Assembly (NCBI GenBank): GCA_009914755.4
Contig: CP068257.2
Location: 768,001-832,000 of the forward strand
Direction of reading: 5' to 3'
Origin: the human T2T-CHM13v2.0 reference genome, Homo sapiens
DNA length: 64,000 bases
Positions within the stretch are counted from its first letter, which is position 1. Each line of letters begins with the position of its first letter. The position numbers and the translations under genes were made by a program. This document shows positions 11,909 to 26,100 of this stretch, in pieces. Under the pieces are notes generated by a model. It searched no databases. It saw nothing but the letters and a program-made list of their open reading frames with translations, and was not told the DNA's origin.

Positions 11909-14900
11909 CATATATCTGCGCTGATCACCCAGGTGATGCAACTCTAGCCTAGGCTTTGCCTACAGGGGACATTGTGACATATCGCTTCAATGATCACCCA
12001 TGTGATGCAACTCTTGCCTTGGCTTTGACTACAGGGGACATTGTGACATATCTCTGCACTGATCTCCCAGGTGCTGTAACATTAGTCTAGACTCTGGCTA
12101 CACGGCATTGTGACATATCACTGCACTAATCAACCAGGTGATATAACTCTTGTCTAGGCCCTGCCTACAGGGGGCTTGTGACATATCTCTGCACTGATCA
12201 CCCAGGTGATATAACTCTTCTCTAGGGTCTGCCTACAGGGTGCTTTGCGACATATCCCTGCAATGATCACCCAGGTGATCTAACTCTTGTTTAAGCTCTG
12301 CCTAAAGGGGCATTGTGACAGATCTCTGCACTGATCACTCAGGTGATGTAACTATTGTCTAGGCTCTGCTTAAAGGGGCCTTGTCACATACCTCTGCACT
12401 GATCACCCAGGTGATGTAACTCTTGTCTAGCCTCTGCTTTCACGGCATATTGTGACATATCTATGCGCTGATCACCTTAGTGATGTAACACTTGTGTAGG
12501 CTCGGCCTACAGGGGAATATTGACATATCTCTGCACTGTTAACCGAGGTGATTTAACTCTTGTCTAGGCTGTGCCCACAGGGGGATTGAGACATGTCTCT
12601 GCCATGATCCCGAGGTGATCCAACTGTTGCCTGGTCTCTGCCTACTGGGGACATTGTGACATATCTCTGCACTGATCTCCCAGGTGCTGTAATTTTAGTC
12701 TAGGCTCTGGCTACACGGCATTGTGACATATCACTGCACTGATCACCCAGGTTATATAAATCTTGTCTAGGCTCTGCCTACAATGGCCTTGTGACATATC
12801 TCTGCACTGATCACCCAGGTGATATAACTCTTCTCTAGGATCTGACCACAGGGTGCTTTGTGGCATTTCCCTGCAATGATCACCCAGGTGATATACCACT
12901 TGCCAAGGCTCTGCCTACAGGGGCATTGCAATGTATCTCTGCACTGATCACCTCGGTCTTGTAACTCTTTTCTAGGATCTGCCCACAGGGTGCCTTGTGA
13001 CGTATCCCAGCAAGGATTACCCAGGTGATGTACCTCTCATCAAGGCTCTGCCTACAGGCACATTGCGATGTATCTCTGCACTGATCACCTAGGTCATGTA
13101 ACTTTTGTCTGGGCTCTGCCTACGATGGCATTGTGACATATCTCTGCACTAATCATCCAAGTGATGTAACCCTTGTCTAGGATCTGCCTAAATTAACTTT
13201 GTGACATAACCCTGTACTGATCATCCAGGTGATGGGGCTTTTGTCTAGGCTCTGCCTAAGGGGGCATTGTGACATATTTCTGCATTGATCACGCAGGTGG
13301 CGAACTCTTCTCTTGGATCTGCCTATGGGGGCATTGTGACAAATCTCTGCACTGATCACCCAGGTGATGTAACGGTTGTGTAACCTCTGCCTACAGGGGA
13401 ATTGTGAGAGATCTCGCCACTGATCACGCAAGTGATGTAACCATTGTCTAGGCTTTGCGTACAGGGGGCTTTGTGACATACCTTTGCACTGATCACCCAG
13501 GTGATGTAACACATCTAAGTTCGGCCTAAAGGAGCTTTGTGACATGTCTCTGCACTGATCACTTAGGTGATGGAACACTTTTATAAGCACTGCCTACAGG
13601 GAATTTTGACAAATCTCTGCACTGATCACCTAGGTGATGTAACGCTGGTCTACCCTCTGTCCAACGGGGCATTGTGAAATATCTCTGCACTGATCACCCA
13701 GGTGATTCAACTCTTGACTAGGATCTGCCTACAGAGGTTATTGTGAAATATCTCTGCACTGATAAACTAGGTGGTGTAATACTTATCGAAGCTCTGCCTA
13801 CAGGTGCGTTTTCACATATCCCTGAAGTGATGACAAAGGTGATGTAACCCTTGCCTAGGCTTTGCCTACAGGGGACATAGGACATATATCTGCACTGATC
13901 ACCCAGGTGATGCAACTCTAGCCTAGGCTTTGCCTACAGGGGACATTGTGATATATCGCTTCAATGATCACCCATGTGATGCAACACTTGCCTAGGCTTT
14001 GCCTACAGGGGACATTGTGACATATCTCTGCACTGATCTCCCAGGTGCTGCAACATTAATCTAGAGTCTGGCTACACGGCATTGTGACATATCACTGCAC
14101 TGATCAACCAGGTGATATAACTCTTGTCTAGGTCCTGCCTACAGAGGGCTTGTGACATATCTCTGCACTGATCACCCAGGTGATATAACTCTTCTCTAGG
14201 ATCTGCCTACAGGGTGCTTTGCGACATATCCCTGCAATGATAACCCAGGTGATCTAACTCTTGTTTAAGCTCTGCCTAAAGGGGCATTGTGACAGACCTG
14301 TGCACTGATCACTAAGGTGATGTAACTATTGTCTAGGCTCTGCTTAAAGGGGCCTTGTCACATACCTCTGCACTGATAACCCAGGTGATGTAACTCTTGT
14401 CTAGCCTCTGCTTTCACGGCATATTGTGACATATCCATTCGCAGATCACCTTAGTGATGTAACAGTTGTGTAGGCTCGGCCTACAGGGGAATATTGACAT
14501 ATCTCTGCACTGTTAACCGAGGTGATTTAACTCTTGTCTAGGCTGTGCCCACAGGGGGATTGAGACATGTCTCTGCACTGATCCCGAGGTGATCCAACTG
14601 TTGCCTGGTCTCTGCCTACTGGGGACATTGTGACATATCTCTGCACTGATCTCCCAGGTGCTGTAACTTTAGTCTAGGCTCTGGCTACACGGCATTGTGA
14701 CATATCACTGCACTGATCACCCAGGTGATATAAATCTTGTCTAGGCTCTGCCTACAATGGCCTTGTGACATATCTCTGCACTGATCACCCAGGTGATATA
14801 ACTCTTCTCTAGGATCTGACCACAGGGTGCTTTGTGGCATTTCCCTGCAATGATCACCCAGGTGATATACCACTTGCCAAGGCTCTGCCTACAGGGGCAT

Positions 14901-17830
14901 TGCAATGTATCTCTGCACTGATCACCTCGGTCTTGTAACTCTTTTCTAGGACCTGCCCACCGGGTGCCTTTTGACGTATCCCAGCAAGGATTACCCAGGT
15001 GATGTACCTCTCATCAAGGCTCTGCCTACAGGCACATTGCGATGTATCTCTGCACTGATCACCTAGGTCATGTAACTTTTGTCTAGGCTCTGCCTACGAT
15101 GGCATTGTGACATATCTCTGCACTAATCATCCAAGTGATGTAACCGTTGTCTAGGATCTGCCTAAATTAACTTTGTGACATAACCCTGTACTGATCATCC
15201 AGGTGATGGGGCTTTTGTCTAGGCTCTGCCTAAGGGGGCATTGTGACATATTTCTGCATTGATCACCCAGGTGGCGAACTCTTCTCTTGGATCTGCCTAT
15301 GGGGGCATTGTGACAAATCTCTGCACTGATCACCCAGGTGATGTAACTGTTGTGTAACCTCTGCCTACAGGGGAATTGTGAGAGATCTCGCCACTGATCA
15401 CCCAAGTGATGTAACCATTGTCTAGGCTTTGCGTACAGGGGGCTTTGTGACATACCTTTGCACTGATCACCCTGGTGATGTAACACATCTAAGTTCGGCC
15501 TAAAGGAGCTTTGTGACATATCTCTGCACTGATCACTTAGGTGATGGAACACTTTTATAAGCACTGCCTACAGGGAATTTTGACAAATCTCTGCACTGAT
15601 CACCTAGGTGATGTAATGCTTGTCTACCCTCTGTCCAACGGGGCATTGTGAAATGTCTCTGCACTGATCACCCAGGTGATTCAACTCTTGACTAGGATCT
15701 GCCTACAGAGGTTATTGTGAAATATCTCTGCACTGATAAACTAGGTGGTGTAATCCTTATCGAAGCTCTGCCTACAGGTGCGTTTTCACATATCCCTGAA
15801 GTGATGACAAAGGTGATGTAACCCTTGCCTAGGCTTTGCCTACAGGGTACATAGGACATATATCTGCACTGATCACCCAGGTGATGCAACTGTAGCCTAG
15901 GCTTTGCCTACAGGGGACATTGTGACATATCGCTTCAATGATCACCCGTGTGATGCAACTCTTGCCTAGGCTTTGCCTACAGGGGACATTGTGACATATC
16001 TCTGCACTGATCTCCCAGGTGCTGTAACATTAGTCTAGACTCTGGCTACACGGCATTGTGATATATCACTGCACTGATCAACCAGGTGATATAACTCTTG
16101 TCTAGGCCCTGCCTACAGGGGGCTTGTGACATATCTCTGCACTGATCACCCAGGTGATGTAACTCTTCTCTAGGATCTGCCTACAGGGTGCTTTGCGACA
16201 TATCCCTGCAATGATCACCCAGGTGATCTAACTCTTGTTTAAGCTCTGCCTAAAGGGGCATTGTGACAGAACTCTGCACTGATCACTCAGGTGATGTAAC
16301 TATTGTCTAGGCTCTGCTTAAAGGGGCCTTGTCACATACCTCTGCACTGATCACCCAGGTGATGTAACCCTTGTCTAGACTCTGCTTTCACGGCATATTG
16401 TGACATATCTATGCGCTGATCACCTTAGTGATGTAACACTTGTGTAGGCTCGGCCTACAGGGGAATATTGACATATCTCTGCACTGTTAACCGAGGTGAT
16501 TTAACTCTTGTCTAGGCTGTGCCCACAGGGGGATTGAGACATGTCTCTGCACTGATCCCGAGGTGATCCAACTGTTGCCTGGTCTCTGCCTACTGGGGAC
16601 ATTGTGACATATCTCTGCACTGATCTCCCAGGTGCTGTAAATTTTGTCTAGGCTCTGGCTACACGGCATTGTGACATATCACTGCACTGATCACCCAGGT
16701 GATATAAATCTTGTCTAGGCTCTGCCTACAATGGCCTTGTGACATATCTCTGCACTGATCACCCAGGTGATATAACTCTTCTCTAGGATCTGACCACAGG
16801 GTGCTTTGTGGCATTTCCCTGCAATGATCACCCAGGTGATATACCACTTGCCAAGGCTCTGCCTACAGGGGCATTGCAATGTATCTCTGCACTGATCACC
16901 TCGGTCTTGTAACTCTTTTCTAGGATCTGCCCACAGGGTGCCTTGTGACGTATCCCAGCAAGGATTACCCAGGTGATGTACCTCTCATCAAGGCTCTGCC
17001 TACAGGCACATTGCGATGTATCTCTGCACTGATCACCTAGGTCATGTAACTTTTGTCTGGGCTCTGCCTACGATGGCATTGTGACATATCTCTGCACTAA
17101 TCATCCAAGTGATGTAACCCTTGTCTAGGATCTGCCTAAAGTACCTTTGTGACATAACCCTGTACTGATCATCCAGGTGATGGGGCTTTTGTCTAGGCTC
17201 TGCCTAAGGGGGCATTGTGACATATTTCTGCATTGATCACCCAGGTGGCGAACTCTTCTCTTGGATCTGCCTATGGGGGCATTGTGACAAATCTCTGCAC
17301 TGATCACCCAGGTGATGTAACTGTTGTGTAACCTCTGCCTACAGGGGAATTGTGAGAGATCTCGCCACTGATCACCCAAGTGATGTAACCATTGTCTAGG
17401 CTTTGCGTACAGGGGGCTTTGTGACATACCTTTGCACTGATCACCCAGGTGATGTAACACATCTAAGTTCGGCCTAAAGGAGCTTTGTGACATATCTCTG
17501 CACTGATCACTTAGGTGATGGAACACTTTTATAAGCACTGCCTACAGGGAATTTTGACAAATCTCTGCACTGATCACCTAGGTGATGTAACGCTTGTCTA
17601 CCCTCTGTCCAACGGGGCATTGTGAAATATCTCTGCACTGATCACCCAGGTGATTCAACTATTGACTAGGATCTGCCTACAGAGGTTATTGTGAAATATC
17701 TCTGCACTGATAAAATAGGTGGTGTAATCCTTATCGAAGCTCTGCCTGCAGGGGCGTTTTCACATATCCCTGAAGTGATGACAAAGGTGATGTAACCCTT
17801 GCCTAGGCTTTGCCTACAGGGGACATAGGT

Positions 17831-19735
17831 CATATATCTGCACTGATCACCCAGGTGATGCAACTCTAGCCTAGGCTTTGCCTACAGGGGACATTGTGAC
17901 ATATCTCTGCACTGATCTCCCAGGTGCTGTAACATTAGTCTAGACTCTGGCTACACGGCATTGTGACATATCACTGCACTGATCAACCAGGTGATATAAC
18001 TCTTGTCTAGGCCCTGCCTACAGGGGGCTTGTGACATATCTCTGCACTGATCACCCAGGTGATATAACTCTTCTCTAGGGTCTGCCTACAGGGTGCTTTG
18101 CGACATATCCCTGCAATGATCACCCAGGTGATCTAACTCTTGTTTAAGCTCTGCCTAAAGGGGCATTGTGACAGACCTCTGCACTGATCACTCAGGTGAT
18201 GTAACTATTGTCTAGGCTCTGCTTAAAGGGGCCTTGTCACATACCTCTGCACTGATCACCCAGGTGATGTAACTCTTGTCTAGACTCTGCTTTCACGGCA
18301 TATTGTGACATATCTATGCGCTGATCACCTTAGTGATGTAACACTTGTGTAGGCTCGGCCTACAGGGGAATATTGACATATCTCTGCACTGTTAACCGAG
18401 GTGATTTAACTCTTGTCTAGGCTGTGCCCACAGGGGGATTGAGACATGTCTCTGCACTGATCCCGAGGTGATCCAACTGTTGCCTGGTCTCTGCCTACTG
18501 GGGACATTGTGACATATCTCTGCACTGATCTCCCAGGTGCTGTAACTTTAGTCTAGGCTCTGGCTACACGGCATTGTGACATATCACTGCACTGATCACC
18601 CAGGTGATATAAATCTTGTCTAGGCTCTGCCTACAATGACCTTGTGACATATCTCTGCACTGATCACCCAGGTGATATAACTCTTCTCTAGGATCTGACC
18701 ACAGGGTGCTTTGTGGCGTTTCCCTGCAATGATCACCGAGGTGATATACCACTTGTCAAGGCTCTGCCTACAGGGGCATTGCAACGTATCTCTGCACTGA
18801 TCACCTCGGTCTTGTAACTCTTTTCTAGGATCTGCCCACAGGGTGCCTTGTGACGTATCCCAGCAAGGATTACCCAGGTGATGTATCTCTCATCAAGGCT
18901 CTGCCTACAGGCACATTGCGATGTATCTCTGCACTGATCACCTAGGTCATGTAACTTTTGTCTAGGCTCTGCCTACGATGGCATTGTGACATATCTCTGC
19001 ACTAATCATCCAAGTGATGTAACCCTTGTCTAGGATCTGCCTAAATTAACTTTGTGACATAACCCTGTACTGATCATCCAGGTGATGGGGCTTTTGTCTA
19101 GGCTCTGCCTAAGGGGGCATTGTGACATATTTCTGCATTGATCACCCAGGTGGCGAACTCTTCTCTTGGATCTGCTATGGGGGCATTGTGACAAATCTCT
19201 GCACTGATCACCCAGGTGATGTAACTGTTGTGTAACCTCTGCCTACAGGGGAATTGTGAGAGATCTCGCCACTGATCACCCAAGTGATGTAACCATTGTC
19301 TAGGCTTTGCGTACAGGGGGCTTTGTGACATACCTTTGCACTGATCACCCAGGTGATGTAACACATCTAAGTTCGGCCTAAAGGAGCTTTGTGACATATC
19401 TCTGCACTGATCACTTAGGTGATGGAACACTTTTATAAGCACTGCCTACAGGGAATTTTGACAAATCTCTGCACTGATCACCTAGGTGATGTAACTCTTG
19501 TCTACCCTCTGTCCAACGGGGCATTGTGAAATATCTCTGCACTGATCACCCAGGTGATTCAACTCTTGACTAGGATCTGCCTACAGAGGTTATTGTGAAA
19601 TATCTCTGCACTGATAAACTAGGTGGTGTAATCCTTATCGAAGCTCTGCCTACAGGGGCGTTTTCACATATCCCTGAAGTGATGACAAAGGTGATGTAAC
19701 TCTTGCCTAGGCTTTGCCTACAGGGGACATAGGAC
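17831..19735. repeat. Short HOR copy H10 (1905 bp), same monomer deletion as H6.
   Basis: 17871-17920 shows the same deletion junction. ORF spacing 16659 to 18564 is 1905. The copy also carries a 1-bp deletion at ~19171 (tctgctatggg vs tctgcctatggg). Confidence 0.8.
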
Positions 19736-20350
19736 ATATATCTGCACTGATCACCCAGGTGATGCAACTCTAGCCTAGGCTTTGCCTACAGGGGACATTG
19801 TGACATATCGCTTCAATGATCACCCATGTGATGCAACTCTTGCCTTGGCTTTGACTACAGGGGACATTGTGACATATCTCTGCACTGATCTCCCAGGTGC
19901 TGTAACTTTAGTCTAGGCTCTGGCTACACGGCACTGTGACATATCACTGCACTGATCAACCAGGTGATATAACTCTTGTCTAGGCCCTGCCTACAGGGGG
20001 CTTGTGACATATCTCTGCACTGATCACCCAGGTGATATAACTCTTCTCTAGGATCTGCCTACAGGGTGCTTTGCGACATATCCCTGCACTGATCACCCAG
20101 GTGATCTAACTCTTGTTTAAGCTCTGCCTAAAGGGGCATTGTGACAGACGTGTGCACTGATCACTAAGGTGATGTAACTATTGTCTAGGCTCTGCTTAAA
20201 GGGGCCTTGTCACATACCTCTGCACTGATAACCCAGGTGATGTAACTCTTGTCTAGGCTCTGCTTCCAGGGCATATTGTGACATAACTATGCACTGATCA
20301 CCTTAGTGATGTAACACTTGTGTAGGCTCTGCCTACAGAGGAATCTTGAC
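19736..20350. other. Transition / hybrid segment between HOR subfamily 1 and subfamily 2.
   Basis: 19736-19860 is subfamily-1-like (cgcttcaatgatcacccatgtgatgcaactcttgccttggctttgactacag, as at 11941-12040). From ~19890 the sequence mixes subfamily-1 sites (gtctaggccctgcc) with subfamily-2 sites (gtaactttagtctaggctctggc, cttccagggcatattgtgacataactatgcactg, cagaggaatcttgac). Confidence 0.55.
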
Positions 20351-23138
20351 ATATCTCTGCACTGTTAAACGAGGTGATTTAACTCTTGTCTAGGCTGTGC
20401 CCACAGGGGGATTGAGACATATCTCTGCACTGATCCCGAGGTGATCCAACTCTTGCCTGGTCTCTGCCTACTGGGGACATTGTGACATATCTCTGCTCTG
20501 ATCTCCCAGGTGCTGTAAATTTTGTCTAGGCTCTGGCTACACGGCATTGTGACTTATCACTGCACTGATCACCCAGGCGATACAACTCTTGTCTAAGCTC
20601 TGCCTACAATGGTCTTGTGACATATCTCTGCACTGATCACCCAGGTGATATAACTCTTCTCTAGGATCTGACCACGGGGTGCTTTGTGACATATCCCTGC
20701 AATGATCACCCAGGTGATATACCACTTGCCAAGGCTCTGCTTACAGGGGCATTGCAATGTATCTCTGCACTGATCACCTAGGTCTTGTAGCTATCTTCTA
20801 GGATCTGCCTACAGGGTGCTTTGTGACGGGTCCCAGCAAGGATTACCCAGGTGATGTACCTCTCATCAAGGCTCTGCCTACAGGCACATTGCGATATATC
20901 TCTGCACTGATCACCTAGGTCACGTAACTTTTGTCTAGGCTCTACCTACGATGGTATTGTGACATATCTCTGCACTAATCATCCAAGTGATGTAACACTT
21001 GTCTAGGATGTGCCTAAATTAAATTTTTGACATAACCCTGTACTGATCATCCAGGTGATGGGGCTTTTGTCTAGGCTCTGCCTAAGGGGGCATTGTGACA
21101 TATTTCTGCATTGATCACCCAGGTGGCGAACTCTTCTCTCGGATCTGCCTATGGGGGCATTGTGAGAAATCTCTGCACTGATCACCCAGGTGATGTAACT
21201 GTTGTGTAACCTCTGCCTACAGGGGAATTGTGAGAGATCTCCCCACTGATTACCCAAGTGATGTAACCATTGTCTAGGCTTTGCGTACAGGGGGCTTTGT
21301 GACATACCTTTGCACTGATCAACCAGGTGATGTAACACATCTAAGTTCGGCCTAAAGGAGCTTTGTGACACATCTCTGCACTGATCACTTAGGTGATGTA
21401 ACACTTTTATAATCACTGCCTACAGGGAATTTTGACAAATCTCTGCACTGATCACCTAGGTGATGTAACTCTTGTCTACCCTCTGTCCAACGGGGCATTG
21501 TGAAATATCTCAGCACTGAACACCCAGGTGATTCAACTCTTGACTAGGAACTGCCTACAGAGGTTATTGTGAAATATCTCTGCACTGATAAACTAGGTGG
21601 TGTAACCCTTGTCCAAGCTCTGCCTACAGGGGCGTTTCCACATATCCCTGAACTGATGACAAAGGTGATGTAACTCTTGCCTAGGCTTTGCCTACAGGGG
21701 CATTGGACATATATCTGCACTGATCACCCAGGTGATGCAACTCTTGCCTAGGCTTTGCCTACAGGGGACATTGTGACATATCTCTTCAATGATCACTCAT
21801 GTGACGCAACTCTAGCCTAGGCTTTGCCTACGGGGGACATTGTGACATATCTCTGCACTGATCTCCCAGGTACTGTAACTTTAGTCTAGGCTCTGGCTAC
21901 ACGGCATTGTGACATATCACTGCACTGATCAACCAGGTGATATAACTCTTGTATAGGCTCTGCCTACAGGGGGATTGTGACCTACCTCTGCACTGATCAC
22001 CCAGGTGATACAACTCTTCTCTAGGATCTGCCTACAGGGTGCTTTGTGACATATCCCTGCACTGATCACCCAGGTGATCTAACTCTGGTCTAAACTCTGC
22101 CTAAAGGGGCATTGTGACAGATCTCTGCACTGATCACTCAGGTGATGTAACTATTGTCTAGGCTCTGCTTCAAGGGGGCTTGTCACATATCTCTGCACTG
22201 ATCACCCAGGTGATGTAACTCTTGTCGAGGTTCTGCTTCCAGGGCATATTGTGACATATCTATGCACTGATCACCTTAGTGATGTAACACTTTTGTAGGC
22301 TCGGCCTACAGGGGAATCTTGACATATCTCTGCACTGTTAACCGAGGTGATTTAACTCTTGTCTAGGCTGTGCCCACAGAGGGATTGAGACATATCTCTG
22401 CACTGATCCCGAGGTGATACAACTCTTGCCTGGTCTCTGCCTACTGTGGACATTGTGACATATCTCTGCACTGATCTCCCTGGTGCTGTAACTTTAGTCT
22501 AGGCTCTGGGTACACGGCATTGTGACATATCACTGCACTGATCACCCAGGCGATACAACTCTTGTCTAGGCTCTGCCTACAATGGTCTTGTGACATATCT
22601 CTGCACTGATCACCCAGGTGATATAACTCTTCTCTAGGATCTGACCACACGGTGCTTTGTGACATATTCCTGCAATGATCACCCAGGAGATATACCACTT
22701 GCCAAGGCTCTGCCTACAGGGGCATTGTAATGTATCTCTGCACTGATCACCAAGGTCTTGTAGCTATTTTCTAGGATCTGCCTACAGGGTGCTTTGTGAC
22801 GTGTCCCAGCAAGGATTACCCAGGTGATATACCTCTCATCAAGGCTCTGCCTACAGGCACATTGCGATATATCTCTGCACTGATCACCTAGGTCATGTAA
22901 CTTTTGACTAGGCTCTACCTACGATGGCATTGTGACATATCTCTGCACTAATCATCCAAGTGATGTAACACTTGTCTAGGATGTGCCTAAATTAACTTTT
23001 TGACATAACCCTGTACTGATCATCCAGGTGATGGGGCTTTTGTCTAGGCTCTGCCTAACGGGGCATTGTGACATATTTCTGCATTGATCACCCAGGTGGC
23101 GAACTCTTCTCTCGGATCTGCCTATGGGGGCATTGTGA

Positions 23139-26100
23139 GAAATCTCTGCACTGATCACCCAGGTGATGTAACTGTTGTGTAACCTCTGCCTACAGGGGAA
23201 TTGTGAGAGATCTCGCCACTGATTACCCAAGTGATGTAACCATTGTCTAGGCTTTGCGTACAGGGGCTTTGTGACATACCTTTTCACTGATCACCCAGGT
23301 GATGTAACACATCTAAGTTCGGCCTAAAGGAGCTTTGTGACATATCTCTGCACTGATCACTTAGGTGATGTAACACTTTTATAATCACTGCCTACAGGGA
23401 ATTTGACGAATCTCTGCACTCATCACCTAGGTGATGTAACTCTTGTCTACCCTCTGTCCAACGGGGCATTGTGAAATATCTCTGCACTGATCACCCAGGT
23501 GATTCAACTCTTGACTAGGAACTGCCTACAGAGGTTATTGTGAAATATCTCTGCACTGATAAACTAGGTGGTGTAACCCTTGTCCAAACTCTGCCTACAG
23601 GGGCGTTTCCACATATCCCTGAACTGATGACAAAGGTGATGTAACACTTGCCTAGGCTTTGCCTACAGGGGACATTGGACATATATCGGCACTGATCACC
23701 CAGGTGATGCAACTCTTGCCTAGGCTTTGCCTACAGGGGACATTGTGACATATCTCTTCAATGATCACTCATGTGATGCAACTCTAGCCTAGGCTTTGCC
23801 TACGGGGGACATTGTGACATATCTCTGCACTGATCTCCCAGGTACTTTAACTTTAGTCTAGGCTCTGGCTACACGTTATTGTGACATATCACTGCACTGA
23901 TCAACCAGGTGATATAACTCTTGTATAGGCTCTGCCTACAGGGGGATTGTGACCTACCTCTGCACTGATCACCCAGGTGATATAACTCTTCTCTAGGATC
24001 TGCCTACAGGGTGCTTTGTGACATATCCCTGCACTGATCACCCAGGTGATCTAACACCGGTCTAAGCTCTGCCTAAAGGGGCATTGTGACAGATCTCTGC
24101 ACTGATCACTCAGGTGACGTAACTATTGTCTAGGCTCTGCTTAAAGGGGCCTTGTCACATATCTCTGCACTGATCACCCAGGTGATGTAACTATTGTCTA
24201 GGCTCTGCTTCCAGGGCATATTGTGACATATCTATGCACTGATCACCTTAGTGATGTAACACTTGTGTAGGCTCGGCCTACAGGGGAATCTTGACATATC
24301 TCTGCACTCTTAAACGAGGTGATTTAACTCTTGTCCAGGCTGTGCCCACAGTGGGATTGAGACATATCTCTGCACTGATCCCGAGGTGATCCAACTCTTG
24401 CCTGGTCTCTGCCTACTGGGGACATTGTGACATATCTCTGCACTGATCTCCCAGGTGCTGTAAATTTAGTCTACGCTCTGGCTACACGGCATTGTGACAT
24501 ATCACTGCACTGATCACCCAGGCGATACAACTCTTGTCTAGGCTCTGCCTACAATGAACTTGTGACATATCTCTGCACTGATCACCCATGTGATATAACT
24601 CTTCTCTAGGATCTGACCACACGGTGCTTTGTGACATATCCCTGCAATGATCACCCAGGTGATATACCACTTGCCAAGGCTCTGCCTACAGGGGCATTGC
24701 AATGTATCTCTGCACTGATCACCTAGGTCTTGTAGCTAATTTCTAGGATCTGCCTACAGGGTGCTATGTGACGTGTCCCAGCAAGGATTACCCAGGTGAT
24801 GTACCTCTCATCAAGGCTCTGCCTAAAGGCACATTGCGATATATCTCTGCACTGATCACCTAGGTCATGTAACTTTTGTCTAGGATCTACCTAAGATGGC
24901 ATTGTGACATATCTCTGCACTAATCATCCAAGTGATGTAACACTTGTCTAGGATGTGCCTAAATTAACTTTTTGACATAACCCTGTACTGATCATCCAGG
25001 TGATGGGGCTTTTGTCTAGGCTCTGCCTAAGGGGGCATTGTGACATATATCTGCATTGATCACCCAGGTGGCGAACTCTTCTCTCGGATCTGCCTATGGG
25101 GGCATTGTGAGAAATCTCTGCACTGATCACCCAGGTGATGTAATTGTTGTGTAACCTCTGCCTACACGGGAATTGTGAGAGATCTCGCCACTGATTACCC
25201 AAGTGATGTAACCATTGTCTAGGCTTTGCCTACAGGGGGCTTTGTGACATAACTTTGCACTGATCACCCAGGTGATGTAACACATCTAAGTTCGGGCTAA
25301 AGGAGCTTTGTGACACATCTCTGCACTGATCACTTAGGTGATGTAACACTTTTATAATCACTGCCTACAGGGAATTTGACGAATCTCTGCACTGATCACC
25401 TAGGTGATGTAACTCTTGTCTACCCTCTGTCCAACGGGGCATTGTGAAATATCTCTGCACTGAACACCCACGTGATTCAAATCTTGACTAGAAACTGCCT
25501 ACAGAGGTTATTGTGAAATATCTCTGCACTGATAAACTAGGTTGTGTAACCCTTCTCCAAGCTGTGCCTACAGTGGCGTTTCCACATATCCCTGAACTGA
25601 TGACAAAGGTGATGTAACTCTTGCCTAGGCTTTGCCTACAGGGGACATTGGACATATATCTACACTGATCACCCAGGTGATGCAACTCTTGCCTAGGCTT
25701 TGTCTACAGGGGACATTGTGACATATCTCTTCAATGATCACTCATGTGATGCATCTCTTGCCTAGGCTTTGCCAACAGGGGACATTGACATATCTCTGCA
25801 CTGATCTCCCAGGTGCTGTAACTTTAGTCTAGGCTCTGGCTACACGGCATTGTGACATATCACTGCACTGATCAACCAGGTGATATAACTCTTGTATAGG
25901 CTCTGCCTACATGGGGATTGTGACATACATCTGCACTGATCACCCAGGTGATATAACTCTTCTCTAGGATCTGCCTACAGGGTGCTTTGTGACATATCGC
26001 TGCACTGATCACCCAGGTGACCTAACTCTGGTCTAAGCTCTGCCTAAAGGGGCATTGTGACAGATCTCTGCACTGATCACTCAGGTGATGTAACTGTTGT

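Larger units (their letters stand above)
1..19735. repeat. HOR subfamily 1: 29-monomer, 1973-1974-bp HOR, 10 copies (H1-H10), inter-copy identity ~99% by eye.
   Basis: HOR-phase marker catatatctgc occurs at 1, 2110, 4084, 6057, 8031, 10004, 11909, 13883, 15857, 17831, 19736. The ORF-track peptides recur once per copy with 1-3 aa changes (for example 62-aa ORFs at 938, 2912, 4885, 6859, 8832). Confidence 0.85.
4084..19735. repeat. Tetrameric super-HOR, period 7825-7827 bp: [a, b, b', short b''] = H3-H6 and H7-H10.
   Basis: Offset ~7826-7827 pairs: ORFs 5351/13177 (HLRDQ type), 7325/15151, 9839/17666 (shared APAGRASIRITPP, cctgcaggggcg, caactattgactagg), 11744/19570 (shared GKSYITF), and 1905-bp short HORs at 10004 and 17831. 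The a-type copies differ at their starts (H3 gtagcc vs H7 ctgcgctg...gccttggc), so the unit is mosaic. Confidence 0.6.
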
